From positions 320,001 through 384,000 of the forward strand of contig CAVOUE010000003.1 of NCBI GenBank assembly GCA_963699545.1: a DNA stretch of 64,000 nucleotides. The letters are read 5' to 3'. The translations under genes were made by a program, and so were the position numbers. The notes under the pieces are model-generated. The model saw only the letters and a list, made by a program, of their open reading frames with translations. It had not been told where the DNA came from and made no database searches. How positions within the stretch are numbered: position 1 is the first letter of the stretch; each line of letters begins with the position of its first letter. The stretch comes from Nitrospirota bacterium (lineage in GTDB: Bacteria > Nitrospirota > Thermodesulfovibrionia > Thermodesulfovibrionales > UBA9159). Of the stretch, positions 43,409 through 52,709 are shown piece after piece.

Positions 43409-45400
43409 CTAGGCAGGATTGGTTTTACCCTCCAGCCACTTACGGAAGCGCTTCGTTAACGCTATCTCTATTTGTGCACGCGTCTCTCCAACGTGACGCA
43501 GTACTCCAGCCAACTCAAGAAGAACGAAGACTACCACGCTAAGTCCGATGAAGATTCCAAAGGGGCCGCTATGAAACGGATGCATAACAATGAGCGCCAC
43601 CGCACCTGTCACAATGAAAATGGCCACTCCCCACTGCAATATATAGGACAGGCCTCTTGCCCAACTGCGGGCGCGGCCCTCCATTACGAGAGCCTGCTTC
43701 CGGGCACGTTCCGCAGATTCTCGATCAACAGTGTCTGCGCGTGCGATTGCCTCACGCTCCCTTGCTTGAGAGGCGGCAAGTTTATTTTCGTAATCTTCCG
43801 TTATTGTACGAACTCGGTCTTCAGCCTTTGCGGCGTAGCCCTCCCTGACTCTTTCGACAACTTCGTCCAAAGACGTTGCATCAATATCTTTGGAAGTGTC
43901 GTTTTCAAGCTCGGCATCTCTCAGTAGTCTATCTGACATCGAGGAAACGAGAATCGCTGTAACCTCATCGGAGTTAAGCCTATTAGATTCCTGTAATCTG
44001 TCAAGATGACGTAGAAACCTTCTCCATGTTCTCTGTGACGGCCGCAATGCAACGGAGCAGAGAGCCACGAGTTCCTGAACCTTGAGGTTCACGGCAAGAG
44101 ACGGCTTCTTCAGCCAAGCTATATTAGTGAGTGCCCGGATGTGCACAACTGGCGGAACTCCAGTTTCATGCTCATCTTCTTCCCACCAAAGTCTTGTGTT
44201 GAGAATAACGCGGGGAGAAGAGGTAGCGAAGATTGCTTTTGCGTCGTCCAGGCTTGAAGAACGGTGACCCTTCCGAAGAGTTATAGTTGCCGCGACACAG
44301 TCAACATCATGGAAAACCCGTGGCTCAAATTCGTCCTTTTTAGTCGGATCAGCAAGCCTGGCCGCGAGAGCTTTTTCTCCTGAGGTGTATTTATGTACAT
44401 GGGTTGGTGTTTGCATAATTTGGAATCCACTCGAACGGACTTCAATTTTTAACAGGGCTGACATCTCACGGACATCGCTTACCGAGTATTGCTGAGTAAG
44501 GAAATGTCGAGACATGGGGTCAGCTCGCAGCGATCGACGGCCTTCTGACGTGGCTAACCGGACTTCGAACATTGCGAGAATTCGCTGGATTTCCTGAATC
44601 GTCTTATCGAGGACTAGACATTGAACTCCATTCGCCTTTAGAACATCAACGCTTTCTCTCACGAGGGTTTGCATTGCCGTGCCCTCATAGCCAAGCGCTT
44701 GCCGAACAATGTTGCTGTCAAAAATCACGAGTAAATCCTTAAAGCGATGAGTTATTCTACTCATATCAGGCAGAAAAGCGGCGTGGTAAAGGACTAGCCC
44801 TTCGAGCATCTCACGAAGGATCTTTGCCAAAGTCGGGTCTTGATAAACACAATCGCAGATGAATGCGGCAATAGCATTCCGCTCTCTTTGCCCTCCACTT
44901 CTTGTCTCTGACAGTTTAGGAGTGCCTTCAATCAGCATTCCAACCTGCTCTTCATCGAGGAAGCTGAGCAGCATCTCCAGTGCAGCGTCTTCTGTTTCGA
45001 TTGTTATCCCGAACTTCTCGGAATAGAGTTGCAGAGCCCTTCCGAGGCGACGTTGCTCAGCTTCAATCTGTGATTTGCCACTAGCTACGTTTATCTGTGG
45101 AAGAGCTTGATTTGGATTCCGTTGATATCGACCTGCGTCACGCAGAAGGATTTTCTTTTTGATGAGTCGCTGTAACAGCGTCGTCATTGTTTGTATTGGC
45201 ATAGCGATTCCATGCCGCGTAGCCAGTGCTTCCTGTATTTCGCTGGCAATGAAGCTTCCGTTGAATTGCGTGATAACGTCGATAATCAGAGGAATGAAAA
45301 TACCCAAGTGATCGTTGCCCTCATCGAGCAGTGCTTTCAGATAGGCAACCGTCACCAACGCACCAGGTCGAGTTCTGAGATCCTCTATTGTTGTAGGCAT
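43409..45400 (-). CDS. 663-aa protein: wHTH-like N-terminus, PIN-like core, coiled coil, two C-terminal TM helices
   Basis: LVIFDSNI, T..EI, HD..C, IFATS motifs in PIN order; SD AGGAGG; hydrophobic pair near the C-terminus. Confidence 0.6.
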   Translation of the reverse strand: MPTTIEDLRTRPGALVTVAYLKALLDEGNDHLGIFIPLIIDVITQFNGSFIASEIQEALATRHGIAMPIQTMTTLLQRLIKKKILLRDAGRYQRNPNQALPQINVASGKSQIEAEQRRLGRALQLYSEKFGITIETEDAALEMLLSFLDEEQVGMLIEGTPKLSETRSGGQRERNAIAAFICDCVYQDPTLAKILREMLEGLVLYHAAFLPDMSRITHRFKDLLVIFDSNIVRQALGYEGTAMQTLVRESVDVLKANGVQCLVLDKTIQEIQRILAMFEVRLATSEGRRSLRADPMSRHFLTQQYSVSDVREMSALLKIEVRSSGFQIMQTPTHVHKYTSGEKALAARLADPTKKDEFEPRVFHDVDCVAATITLRKGHRSSSLDDAKAIFATSSPRVILNTRLWWEEDEHETGVPPVVHIRALTNIAWLKKPSLAVNLKVQELVALCSVALRPSQRTWRRFLRHLDRLQESNRLNSDEVTAILVSSMSDRLLRDAELENDTSKDIDATSLDEVVERVREGYAAKAEDRVRTITEDYENKLAASQAREREAIARADTVDRESAERARKQALVMEGRARSWARGLSYILQWGVAIFIVTGAVALIVMHPFHSGPFGIFIGLSVVVFVLLELAGVLRHVGETRAQIEIALTKRFRKWLEGKTNPA

Positions 45401-45661
45401 TCGCCGATATCCTCCTAATCTACTGCAACGTTATCTGACTTCATAGAACGCAACATCTTGTATGTATAAGTTTGATTTAACATAGATTAGACGGATTCTC
45501 TTATATCATAGATTCCGTATAGCATCTATATATGCCGCACTTGGCCCATTTTTTGGCTTTTAATGTGGATAGCGCAATGTCCCCAAAGGCGACTACCATT
45601 AATAACTTACACTTTTTCGAACATTTTGAAAAGCGCGGACTTCGGGAAGGAACGATTTCTG

Positions 45662-45781
45662 GCGAGGGAGGCGGGACCCTACCGCTCTCCCGCTGACCGA
45701 GCCAGAAGGGGGAGGACAGGCGCAAAGGGCGTGCCCTGCGCGTGGCCTCCCCTAGGATTGTCATATAGGCCATATCTCAAC
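45662..45781. repeat. Island repeat copy 4 (modules A + C)
   Basis: gaccctaccgctctcccgctgaccgagcc and gtgccctgcgcgtggcctcccctaggattgtcatataggccatatc match copy 1. Confidence 0.8.
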
Positions 45782-45823
45782 GAGAGATTTGCCAGGGCGA
45801 GCACGTCTCTTAATTGAGTCGAT

Positions 45824-46226
45824 CTATAGCCCGTTTTTTTGAAGGCTCTTAAGAGTTTGCCAGGTGTTGCTGCCTGGCAGACGGCACTGCCAAAAGATCA
45901 ACCCATTTACGGAGGTGCCAGTGATCGAATGAGCTGCAGCTGATGGAGAACTTGAATCTATCGCCATTTGCGACCAATGAACCGTTGTCGACCTTGCCCT
46001 CATAAAGTTTCCCCTTGTGAGGTGCTCTGAGTTCGGTGCCATGGGGGAGAGTAATACCTCTGGAAACCCAGGGGATGCCATTAAGCTTGGCGGGTTCTTT
46101 CGTCTTTGCTAACAAAGGTAGTTCAAGGACGCGTCTAAGAACACTGTTATAGGTGTCGGCGTCATCCGTGAGTAAACTTGTCAGCTTCTTGTAGACATCG
46201 AAATCAATCGGTATGGTTGTGTACAT
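45824..46226 (-). CDS. RHH-like + RAMA/DUF2924-like DNA-binding protein (+1 frameshift near 45948)
   Basis: TIPIDFDVYK.L...DTYNSVLRR, LP.GTELR, F.SPSAAA..ITG..VNG..FW; SD AAGGAGG and a TTGACA-N17-TATTAT promoter. Confidence 0.7.
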
Positions 46227-46470
46227 TGTCTTATCCTCCTTAATGTAATATATAGCGCTCAGCACTATAAGTTAATAATAGCAGTAAACGGAGATGATGT
46301 CAAGAAAAAAATGCGGGGAAGATTGTCTCCAGCTTATGGCACTACGGCTCGACGCGGGTCTTATTGCAGGGAAAGCGGTTTTCCTGCAATAACGGCGCAT
46401 GTTATTGCGATCTGGAGAAATTAGATTCGCTCAGCGTCAAGAAGATTGACGGGCGGCTGGACATCTGGAA

Positions 46471-46503
46471 TAAAAAGGGGATTACGGAATCCCGTAACCC
46501 CTT
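46471..46503 (-). terminator. Intrinsic terminator downstream of tRNA-Arg
   Basis: Minus strand AAGGGGTTACGG-GATT-CCGTAATCCCC-TTTTT. Confidence 0.65.
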
Positions 46504-46509
46504 GAAACG

Positions 46510-46615
46510 GATCGTGAGCGCATTCCCGCAGCTTTCTGCGGGGTGAGTGAGGGAATATAATAAGGACAATTCCCTGCGTTAAGATACCCTGCGGTTTCGC
46601 CGCAGGGTATCTTCA
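46510..46615 (+). mobile_element. IS200/IS605-end-like two-hairpin non-autonomous element (PATE/REP-like)
   Basis: Hairpins CCCGCAG-cttt-CTGCGGG and AAGATACCCTGCGG-tttcg-CCGCAGGGTATCTT ending in TTCA; sits between tRNA-Arg and its terminator; no transposase present. Confidence 0.5.
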
Positions 46616-46623
46616 TTTTAAAG

Positions 46624-46697
46624 TACCCCCTGCAGGAATTGAACCTGCGACACCAGGTTTAGGAAACCTGTGCTCTATCCAACTGAGCTAAGGGGGC
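46624..46697 (-). tRNA. tRNA-Arg(CCT), CCA not encoded
   Basis: GCCCCCTTAGCTCAGTTGGATAGAGCA-CAGGT TT CCT AA ACCTG-...GTTCAATT...AGGGGGTA. Confidence 0.95.
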
Positions 46698-46746
46698 GAA
46701 AGAAAGCTGAGAGCTTACAGCTGTCAGCTTACCGCAAATCAAAGAC

Positions 46747-47202
46747 CTAAGACTCCAGAATCTCGAAGACCTTCTTCACTGCGTCTTCTGCATTATCTGC
46801 CGGTATGACACCCTTGATGTCCCATGTTTCTATGCCGACTACGGGCTTTCCCATCTGGAGTGCAAAGGCTATCTCTGAAAGTGTTCCATACTCACCACCG
46901 ACGGCGATAACAGCATCCGCAGTGCGCGCTATAATAACATTTCTGCCGATTCCCAGTCCAGTTACTATGGGGATATCAATATACGCGTTTACGTCCCTCT
47001 TATGGTCCTGGGGAAGTATTCCGACGGTGAGACCTCCCTCTGTCCTGGCCCCTCTTGAGACCGCCTCCATGACGCCGGTGAGACCGCCGCAGACAACCAC
47101 GGCATCTCTTCCGGCAATCAATCGGCCGACCTGTTCAGCCTCCCTCAGAAGTCTTTTCTCGACCTTCCGTCCGCCGATCACTGATATCAGTTTCCTTGAC
47201 AT
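46747..47202 (-). CDS. TIGR00725/SLOG family protein
   Basis: ISVIGG, CGGLTGVMEA..RGA, TVGILP, RNVII, GGEYGTLSEIAFAL. Confidence 0.9.
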   Translation of the reverse strand: MSRKLISVIGGRKVEKRLLREAEQVGRLIAGRDAVVVCGGLTGVMEAVSRGARTEGGLTVGILPQDHKRDVNAYIDIPIVTGLGIGRNVIIARTADAVIAVGGEYGTLSEIAFALQMGKPVVGIETWDIKGVIPADNAEDAVKKVFEILES

Positions 47203-47212
47203 GGACACCATT

Positions 47213-47482
47213 TTACCTCTTATGTTTTCTCCTATCAAGGACTTCAGCGAGGAGGGGAAAGAGCAGGGAACCTCCAGGCAGGAAGAAGACTGCCATGACA
47301 GGAACGGCCCCCGATATGCCCCGCAGGTGGCCCTTCAGTTCACGCTTCTCCTCTCTTGTCCACGGAAGGCCTGTGTTCCGATGCTTCATGAGGAGCTGCA
47401 TAAGTCCCCGGACCTCAAGGACTTCCTTCAGGATGAACTCCCTGTTACCGGTGATGAGCCTTTTGATGTAGTTCAGCAGCAT
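47213..47482 (-). CDS. Small hypothetical protein
   Basis: GLMQLLMKHRNTG..WT.EE, LPGG.LL.P.LA..LDRR; start uncertain. Confidence 0.7.
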   Translation of the reverse strand: MLLNYIKRLITGNREFILKEVLEVRGLMQLLMKHRNTGLPWTREEKRELKGHLRGISGAVPVMAVFFLPGGSLLFPLLAEVLDRRKHKR

Positions 47483-47522
47483 CTCCCCCTGAATGTACCA
47501 GGACAGTGAAAGAAAGAAGAGA

Positions 47523-47599
<77 letters not shown>

Positions 47600-47648
47600 A
47601 TAGTGAGTCCCCCAAAAGTCCGCCGACTTTTCGAGGACTCCAGCCCAA

Positions 47649-47746
47649 TGGCGGGAGCGTGTGGGAATCGAACCCACCCTGCCCGCTTTTGGCAGGCAAC
47701 ACTGGATTTGAAGTCCAGGAGGGACACCAGAACCCTATGCGCTCCC
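47649..47746 (-). tRNA. selC: tRNA-Sec(TCA)
   Basis: 98 nt; CTGGA CT TCA AA TCCAG anticodon arm, long variable arm, extended acceptor stem, GCCA end. Confidence 0.95.
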
Positions 47747-47993
47747 AGGCATACATAATACTGCATTTGCCGATGTCCTGGCAACTACGGTTTTTTGCGG
47801 GAATCGTGAGTGGCGTGAAAATATTGCGAAACGATTATAAAAGAAAGGCGGATAGAAACGAGCGGTTTAGCTGAAAGCCGAACCGGAGGCCAAATTACAG
47901 AATGAGTCGGTTCAAATCCCTGTTGTTGAACAGCCCATCTTGCCGGTAGTGCGGCTCCGGGTCTTCTCCCTGGCAGGCCCGGGAAGCACTACG

Positions 47994-49277
47994 CTACTTT
48001 TTTCCGAGGGCTCTTTCCACGGTCTTTATGGCGCAGAACTCCCCGCACATGCTGCATACCTCCGCGACAGAGGGAGGAACCTGTCCTCTCCACTCCCTCA
48101 CTCTGTCAGGGTCAAAGCTAAGGGACATCTGTCCTTCCCAGTCGAGGTTCTTCCTGCACTGAGCCATCTTCCTGTCTTTCTCGATGGCGCCGGGTATCCC
48201 TTTCGCAATATCTGCAGCGTGCGCCGCTATCTTTGAAGCGATCACCCCCTCTCTCACGTCGTCAATGTTGGGGAGGCGTATATGCTCGGCAGGAGTCACA
48301 TAGCAAAGGAAGTCAGCACCTGCGGCACCTGCAATGGCGCCTCCTATGGCTGCGGAGATATGGTCATAGCCCATCCCGATATCGGTAACCAGGGGACCGA
48401 GCACATAAAAGGGTGCGCCTTTGCAGATCTCTTTCTGCAGTTTTATGTTCAGTTCCACCTGGTTCAGAGGAACATGTCCGGGACCCTCTATGATCGCCTG
48501 GACACCGGCAGCAAGGGCTCTGTCTCTCAGTTCACCAAGGGTGACCAGCTCTTCGATCTGGCTTCTGTCCGTTGCATCCGCGAGGCAGCCGGGCCTGAAT
48601 CCGTCCCCCAGGCTCAAAGTCAGGTCATACTTTCTCGCCATCTCCAGGAGCCTGTCATACTGTTCAAAAAGGGGATTTTCCCTGTCATTATAGATCATCC
48701 ATTCAAGGAGAAAAGCCCCCCCTCTGCTCACAACGTCGAGGATCCTTCTGTCTTCCTTCAGCCTCTCTATTGCCTTCCGCGTGACACCGCAGTGGACTGT
48801 CACAAAATCCACGCCGTCCTTTGCATGTCCCTCGATCACCTCGAACAGCTTATCGGGACTCATCTCTGCGATATGTCCGTGCCTTTCGGTCGTACTCACC
48901 ACGGCTTCGTAGATGGGGACTGTCCCGACAGCAACAGGAGACTTCTTAATGAGCGTGTTTCTTAAATCTTTAATAGCGCCTCCCGTGGAGAGGTCCATGA
49001 CCGCATCAGCCCCATATTTCGCCAGGACTTCAAGCTTCTTTATCTCCTCATCATAGGAAACCCTGTCTTTTGATGTGCCGATATTTGCATTGATCTTCGT
49101 CCTCAGCCCCCTGCCGATCCCGAGGGGGGTGATATCATGGAACACGTTTCTGGTGATAACGGTTACCCCTTCAGCAATGTCGGACGCAAGCTTCTGAGCG
49201 GAGGTGCCTTCGGCCTGTGCAACCGCCTCCATCTCTGCGGTAACGATCCCTTTTCTTGCCAGTTCTATCCTTGTCAT
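47994..49277 (-). CDS. thiC: Phosphomethylpyrimidine synthase
   Basis: TKINANIGTS, MDLSTGG, GTVPIY, SRGG, EGPGH, GYDHI, CYVTPAEH, CSMCG.FC. Confidence 0.97.
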   Translation of the reverse strand: MTRIELARKGIVTAEMEAVAQAEGTSAQKLASDIAEGVTVITRNVFHDITPLGIGRGLRTKINANIGTSKDRVSYDEEIKKLEVLAKYGADAVMDLSTGGAIKDLRNTLIKKSPVAVGTVPIYEAVVSTTERHGHIAEMSPDKLFEVIEGHAKDGVDFVTVHCGVTRKAIERLKEDRRILDVVSRGGAFLLEWMIYNDRENPLFEQYDRLLEMARKYDLTLSLGDGFRPGCLADATDRSQIEELVTLGELRDRALAAGVQAIIEGPGHVPLNQVELNIKLQKEICKGAPFYVLGPLVTDIGMGYDHISAAIGGAIAGAAGADFLCYVTPAEHIRLPNIDDVREGVIASKIAAHAADIAKGIPGAIEKDRKMAQCRKNLDWEGQMSLSFDPDRVREWRGQVPPSVAEVCSMCGEFCAIKTVERALGKK

Positions 49278-49296
49278 AGTTATTCTCCTCGCCCCC

Positions 49297-49938
49297 TCAA
49301 GAGTGATGGGGATCACCCACGGTTCTTAAATACCCCTCCGTTGCCCCTTTAATATCAGCCTCGCCCAGAATGCCGCTGATCAATGCAATCCCACGGGCTC
49401 CCGCATTCATTACTTCCTTAACCCTGCCGGGGGATATGCCACCGATGCCAAAAACAGGAAGAGAGACCTGTTCACTCACCAGGTGCAAGGCCCCTATTCC
49501 TACAGGCTCTCCATATTTCCGCTTGGAGGGCGTGTCATACACAGGTCCGAAGGTGATAAAATCCGCTCCTTCCCTCTCTGCGGTGCGTGCCTCCTCGGGG
49601 TCGTGAGTCGAAGCTCCGATGAATAATCTCCTGCCCACGATCTTTCTTGCCGCACCTACAGGGATCCCCGCCCGGCCGAGGTGTACCCCGTCAGCCTCCA
49701 CGCACATGGCGACATCAACTCTCTCATTGATAAAAAGCAGTGCACGATATTGTGCGGTGACTTCTCTCAGCCTGTATGCCAGTTCAAGGAGTTCCCGTAT
49801 CGGCAGATCCTTCTCCCTCAACTGGACAGCCCTTAAGCCCGCCTTCAGCGCATCCTCCACGGCAGTGATGAGCGATGAGTGACGCGCAATGAGTTTCCGG
49901 TCGGTGATCAAATATAAATTGAAATCAACTATGTTCAC
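49297..49938 (-). CDS. thiE: Thiamine-phosphate synthase
   Basis: LYLITD, VQLREK, INER.D.A, GVHLG, GASTH, GPVY.T.SK, GIGGI. Confidence 0.95.
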   Translation of the reverse strand: MNIVDFNLYLITDRKLIARHSSLITAVEDALKAGLRAVQLREKDLPIRELLELAYRLREVTAQYRALLFINERVDVAMCVEADGVHLGRAGIPVGAARKIVGRRLFIGASTHDPEEARTAEREGADFITFGPVYDTPSKRKYGEPVGIGALHLVSEQVSLPVFGIGGISPGRVKEVMNAGARGIALISGILGEADIKGATEGYLRTVGDPHHS

Positions 49939-49962
49939 TCATACCTTTTGCTGGTGCGGCAG

Positions 49963-50736
49963 TTACAGCATTCCCTCTATCGGACTGCTCGCTGTGGCAT
50001 AGAGCTTTTTCGGTATCCTTCCCGCTTTGTATGCAAGCCTGCCGGCGATGACCCCATGCCGCATAGCCTCCGCCATGGACAGAGGATCCCTTGCTCCTGC
50101 GATAGCGGTGTTCATTAAGACGGCGTCGCATCCCAATTCCATAGCGAAAGTGGCATCAGAGGCCGTTCCGACTCCTGCGTCAACAATGATAGGGACCTTT
50201 GCCTGTTCGAGTATGATCTTTATGTTGTACGGGTTTCTGATCCCGAGCCCTGAACCGATGGGTGCGCCAAGGGGCATCACGGCCGCGGCGCCCGCATCCT
50301 CCAGTCTCTTCGCCATGATCGGGTCGTCATTGGTGTAAGGGAAAACAATGAAACCTTCCTTTGCCAGTATCTCCGTCGCCGTCAAAAGTCCCATGGTATC
50401 GGGAAACAAGGTCTTTTCATCCCCTATCACCTCCAGCTTCACCATGTCCGAAACCCCTGCTTCCCTTGCAAGGCGGGAGTATCTCAGGGCATCTTCAACC
50501 GTATAACAGCCGGCGGTGTTGGGAAGTATCTTGTATTTCCGCGGGTCGAGATAATCAAGAAGATTTTCGGATTTCCTGTCAGTGATGTTCACCCGCCTCA
50601 CCGCCACAGTCACCACATCCGCACCGGATGCCTCGATCACTTTTCTTGTTTCCTCGAAATCCTTGTATTTCCCGGTGCCGATCCAGAGTCTGGACCTGAA
50701 CTCTATGCCTTTAATGATCAATGTGTCTTCCATCAT
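49963..50736 (-). CDS. thiG: Thiazole synthase
   Basis: [44 protein letters not shown]. Confidence 0.97.
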   Translation of the reverse strand: MMEDTLIIKGIEFRSRLWIGTGKYKDFEETRKVIEASGADVVTVAVRRVNITDRKSENLLDYLDPRKYKILPNTAGCYTVEDALRYSRLAREAGVSDMVKLEVIGDEKTLFPDTMGLLTATEILAKEGFIVFPYTNDDPIMAKRLEDAGAAAVMPLGAPIGSGLGIRNPYNIKIILEQAKVPIIVDAGVGTASDATFAMELGCDAVLMNTAIAGARDPLSMAEAMRHGVIAGRLAYKAGRIPKKLYATASSPIEGML

Positions 50737-50944
50737 TCCTCCTGTGTTGTCCTCCACCAACAAAATAGACGATCTCTACGTTGTCACCGTCTTTGAGCCG
50801 GAAATCTTCGAGATCCCTTTTTTTGATAACCACGAGGTTCACTTCAACGGCAACCCTTTCAGGGACTATTTCCATTTCCCTTAACAACTGTGCCAGGGTA
50901 TGTCTTTCCGTGGTATATGCTTCCCCATTCACCTTCAGTTTCAT
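50711..50944 (-). CDS. thiS: Sulfur carrier ThiS (no stop codon after the GG motif)
   Basis: VNGE, VAVEVN, L.DGD.VEIV.FVGGG, then 12 extra residues. Confidence 0.9.
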   Translation of the reverse strand: MKLKVNGEAYTTERHTLAQLLREMEIVPERVAVEVNLVVIKKRDLEDFRLKDGDNVEIVYFVGGGQHRRNDGRHIDH

Positions 50945-50973
50945 GTCACGCTATGTCTGCATCTTGAGCAAAT

Positions 50974-51010
50974 AAAAAATCCTCTCTCCCGAAGGTCGGG
51001 AATAGAGGAT
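50974..51010 (-). terminator. Riboswitch-controlled intrinsic terminator
   Basis: ATCCTCTATTCCCGA-CCT-TCGGGAGAGAGGAT-TTTTT between the aptamer and thiS. Confidence 0.8.
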
Positions 51011-51030
51011 CATTCTAGCACTCTTTTTCC

Positions 51031-51119
51031 CATTCCCTACGCCGGAATTACCCGGATCAGGTTCAAGGGGTCTTCCCACAGATAAGGAAATTCTCAGGCC
51101 TTATGGCCTCCCCCAAGGA
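51031..51119 (-). ncRNA. TPP riboswitch
   Basis: GGGG...CTGAGA...ACCC.TTGAACCTGATCCGGGTAATTCCGGCGTAGGGAA upstream of thiSGEC. Confidence 0.96.
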
Positions 51120-51208
51120 TTACTTTATAATATACCATTCTTATTATTTTATCAAAGGTCCCGCTGCCACGCATTGACATCGGGATTGCCAAAGAGAAAT
51201 AATTAAAC

Positions 51209-52132
51209 ATGACGCCAAGATTTAACGCCTTCGGGCTTTTCCTCAAAAAAAGATTTGGTACCATTGTATACAAGGTGAACGTGGACGCCGGGTTTACCTG
51301 CCCTAACCGGGACGGCACCCTGGGGGTGACAGGATGCATCTACTGCAATAACGACAGCTTCAGGCCGTCGGAATGCAAGACCGAAATACCCCTCAGGGAA
51401 CAGATACGGAACGGGATAAAATACCTCTCGATGCGGTACAAGGCGAGCAAGTTCCTTGTCTATTTTCAGCCTTATACGAACACGTACGCACCGGTAGGGG
51501 AACTGGAAAGGATGTTTCGGGAGGCCCTTTCTCTTCCTTCAGTGATAGGCCTGGCCATAGGAACGAGGCCCGACTGTATCGATGAAGAGAAGATAAGGCT
51601 GCTCAGGGAGCTCGCAAAGGATCACTTTGTCCTGGTGGAATACGGATTGCAGTCGATCCACGACAAGTCCCTCCGGTATATCCTAAGGGGACACGACTAC
51701 AGGACCTTTCTTGAGGCGGTGGATATGACAAAAGAAAAAGGCATACATATCGGAGCCCATATTATTGCGGGCCTTCCTACCGAGACAAGGGGTGAGATGC
51801 TTGCCATGGCTGACGAACTCTCGACCATCCCTATAGGATTTCTAAAAATACATCAGCTCCAGGTGGTGAGAAATACCCCCCTCGCACAACAGTACCTGGA
51901 AAAGCCCTTTCCTACCTTCGGATATGACGAATATCTTGACTTCCTGGTGGATTTTATCGAACGTCTGTCCCCTGAGATCGTTCTCCAGAGACTGTTTGCG
52001 CTTTCTCCTGATGATATCCTCATCGCGCCGCAGTGGGGCAGGACCCGGCAGCAGATCCTGCGGGACATCAACGAACGGTTTAGCCGGAGGGAAGCGCTCC
52101 AGGGTTCAAAATGCCTCTGCTGCAAACACTGA
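51209..52132 (+). CDS. TIGR01212/YhcC-family radical SAM protein
   Basis: GFTCPNRDGT....GCIYC, YFQPYTNT, GTRPDC, RGH, KIHQL. Confidence 0.93.
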   Translation: MTPRFNAFGLFLKKRFGTIVYKVNVDAGFTCPNRDGTLGVTGCIYCNNDSFRPSECKTEIPLREQIRNGIKYLSMRYKASKFLVYFQPYTNTYAPVGELERMFREALSLPSVIGLAIGTRPDCIDEEKIRLLRELAKDHFVLVEYGLQSIHDKSLRYILRGHDYRTFLEAVDMTKEKGIHIGAHIIAGLPTETRGEMLAMADELSTIPIGFLKIHQLQVVRNTPLAQQYLEKPFPTFGYDEYLDFLVDFIERLSPEIVLQRLFALSPDDILIAPQWGRTRQQILRDINERFSRREALQGSKCLCCKH

Positions 52133-52162
52133 TCTTCTTCTGCTTCTCCTCCCCATTGAATC

Positions 52163-52405
52163 GTGCCTGATCTGAAGGTTGATTTGATTGCTTATTCAGG
52201 CTCGAGAGGGGAAGAGATTCCCCGTTCGTTCATCCTCTCCGGCGAAAAGATTGAGGTCGTTTCCATTCTGGGAAGGTGGATTGAAGAGTCATCTGTGGGG
52301 ACGGGAAGGAAGAGGTTCTTTCACGTCCAGGGAAGCGACGGATACAGGCACAGGGTCTATTTTGATGAGGCAAAGAAGGTATGGTTCCTGACCGATGCCG
52401 GATAA
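52163..52405 (+). CDS. Small hypothetical protein
   Basis: AYSG.RGEE.PRSF...G....V..I..RW...F.V...DG pattern; GTG start. Confidence 0.65.
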   Translation: MPDLKVDLIAYSGSRGEEIPRSFILSGEKIEVVSILGRWIEESSVGTGRKRFFHVQGSDGYRHRVYFDEAKKVWFLTDAG

Positions 52406-52419
52406 CCCTCAAGGCCACG

Positions 52420-52635
52420 TTAATCGAGGAGCCGGTAGCCAAGCTTCTCTATGCTCTCCCTGGAGATCTTTAGGACATCCTCTTCCATGATCTGTGAGTC
52501 ATCAAAGTCTATTACGATATTGCCATCCTCCGCATCAATGGAGTTTACGCCGTCCATCTTTCCGATGAACCTCATCAGCGCAAGGGAACATTCATCGCAG
52601 AATTCCTTCTGGACGTGTAACGAGATCTTCTTCAT
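52420..52635 (-). CDS. HMA-like small metal-binding protein
   Basis: CDEC motif, GV..I, IEKLGY; SD AGGAGG. Confidence 0.75.
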   Translation of the reverse strand: MKKISLHVQKEFCDECSLALMRFIGKMDGVNSIDAEDGNIVIDFDDSQIMEEDVLKISRESIEKLGYRLLD

Positions 52636-52709
52636 GAGCCTCCTCCTTCATGCGACATTATAGAGGTCAAAGGGGAATGGGTCAATCTCCTCCCAACTGG
52701 GAGGAAAGG

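Noticed and set aside
39745-46620. Prophage, ICE or canonical integron
   Set aside because: No integrase, structural or conjugation genes, and no duplicate of the tRNA-Arg 3' end was found.
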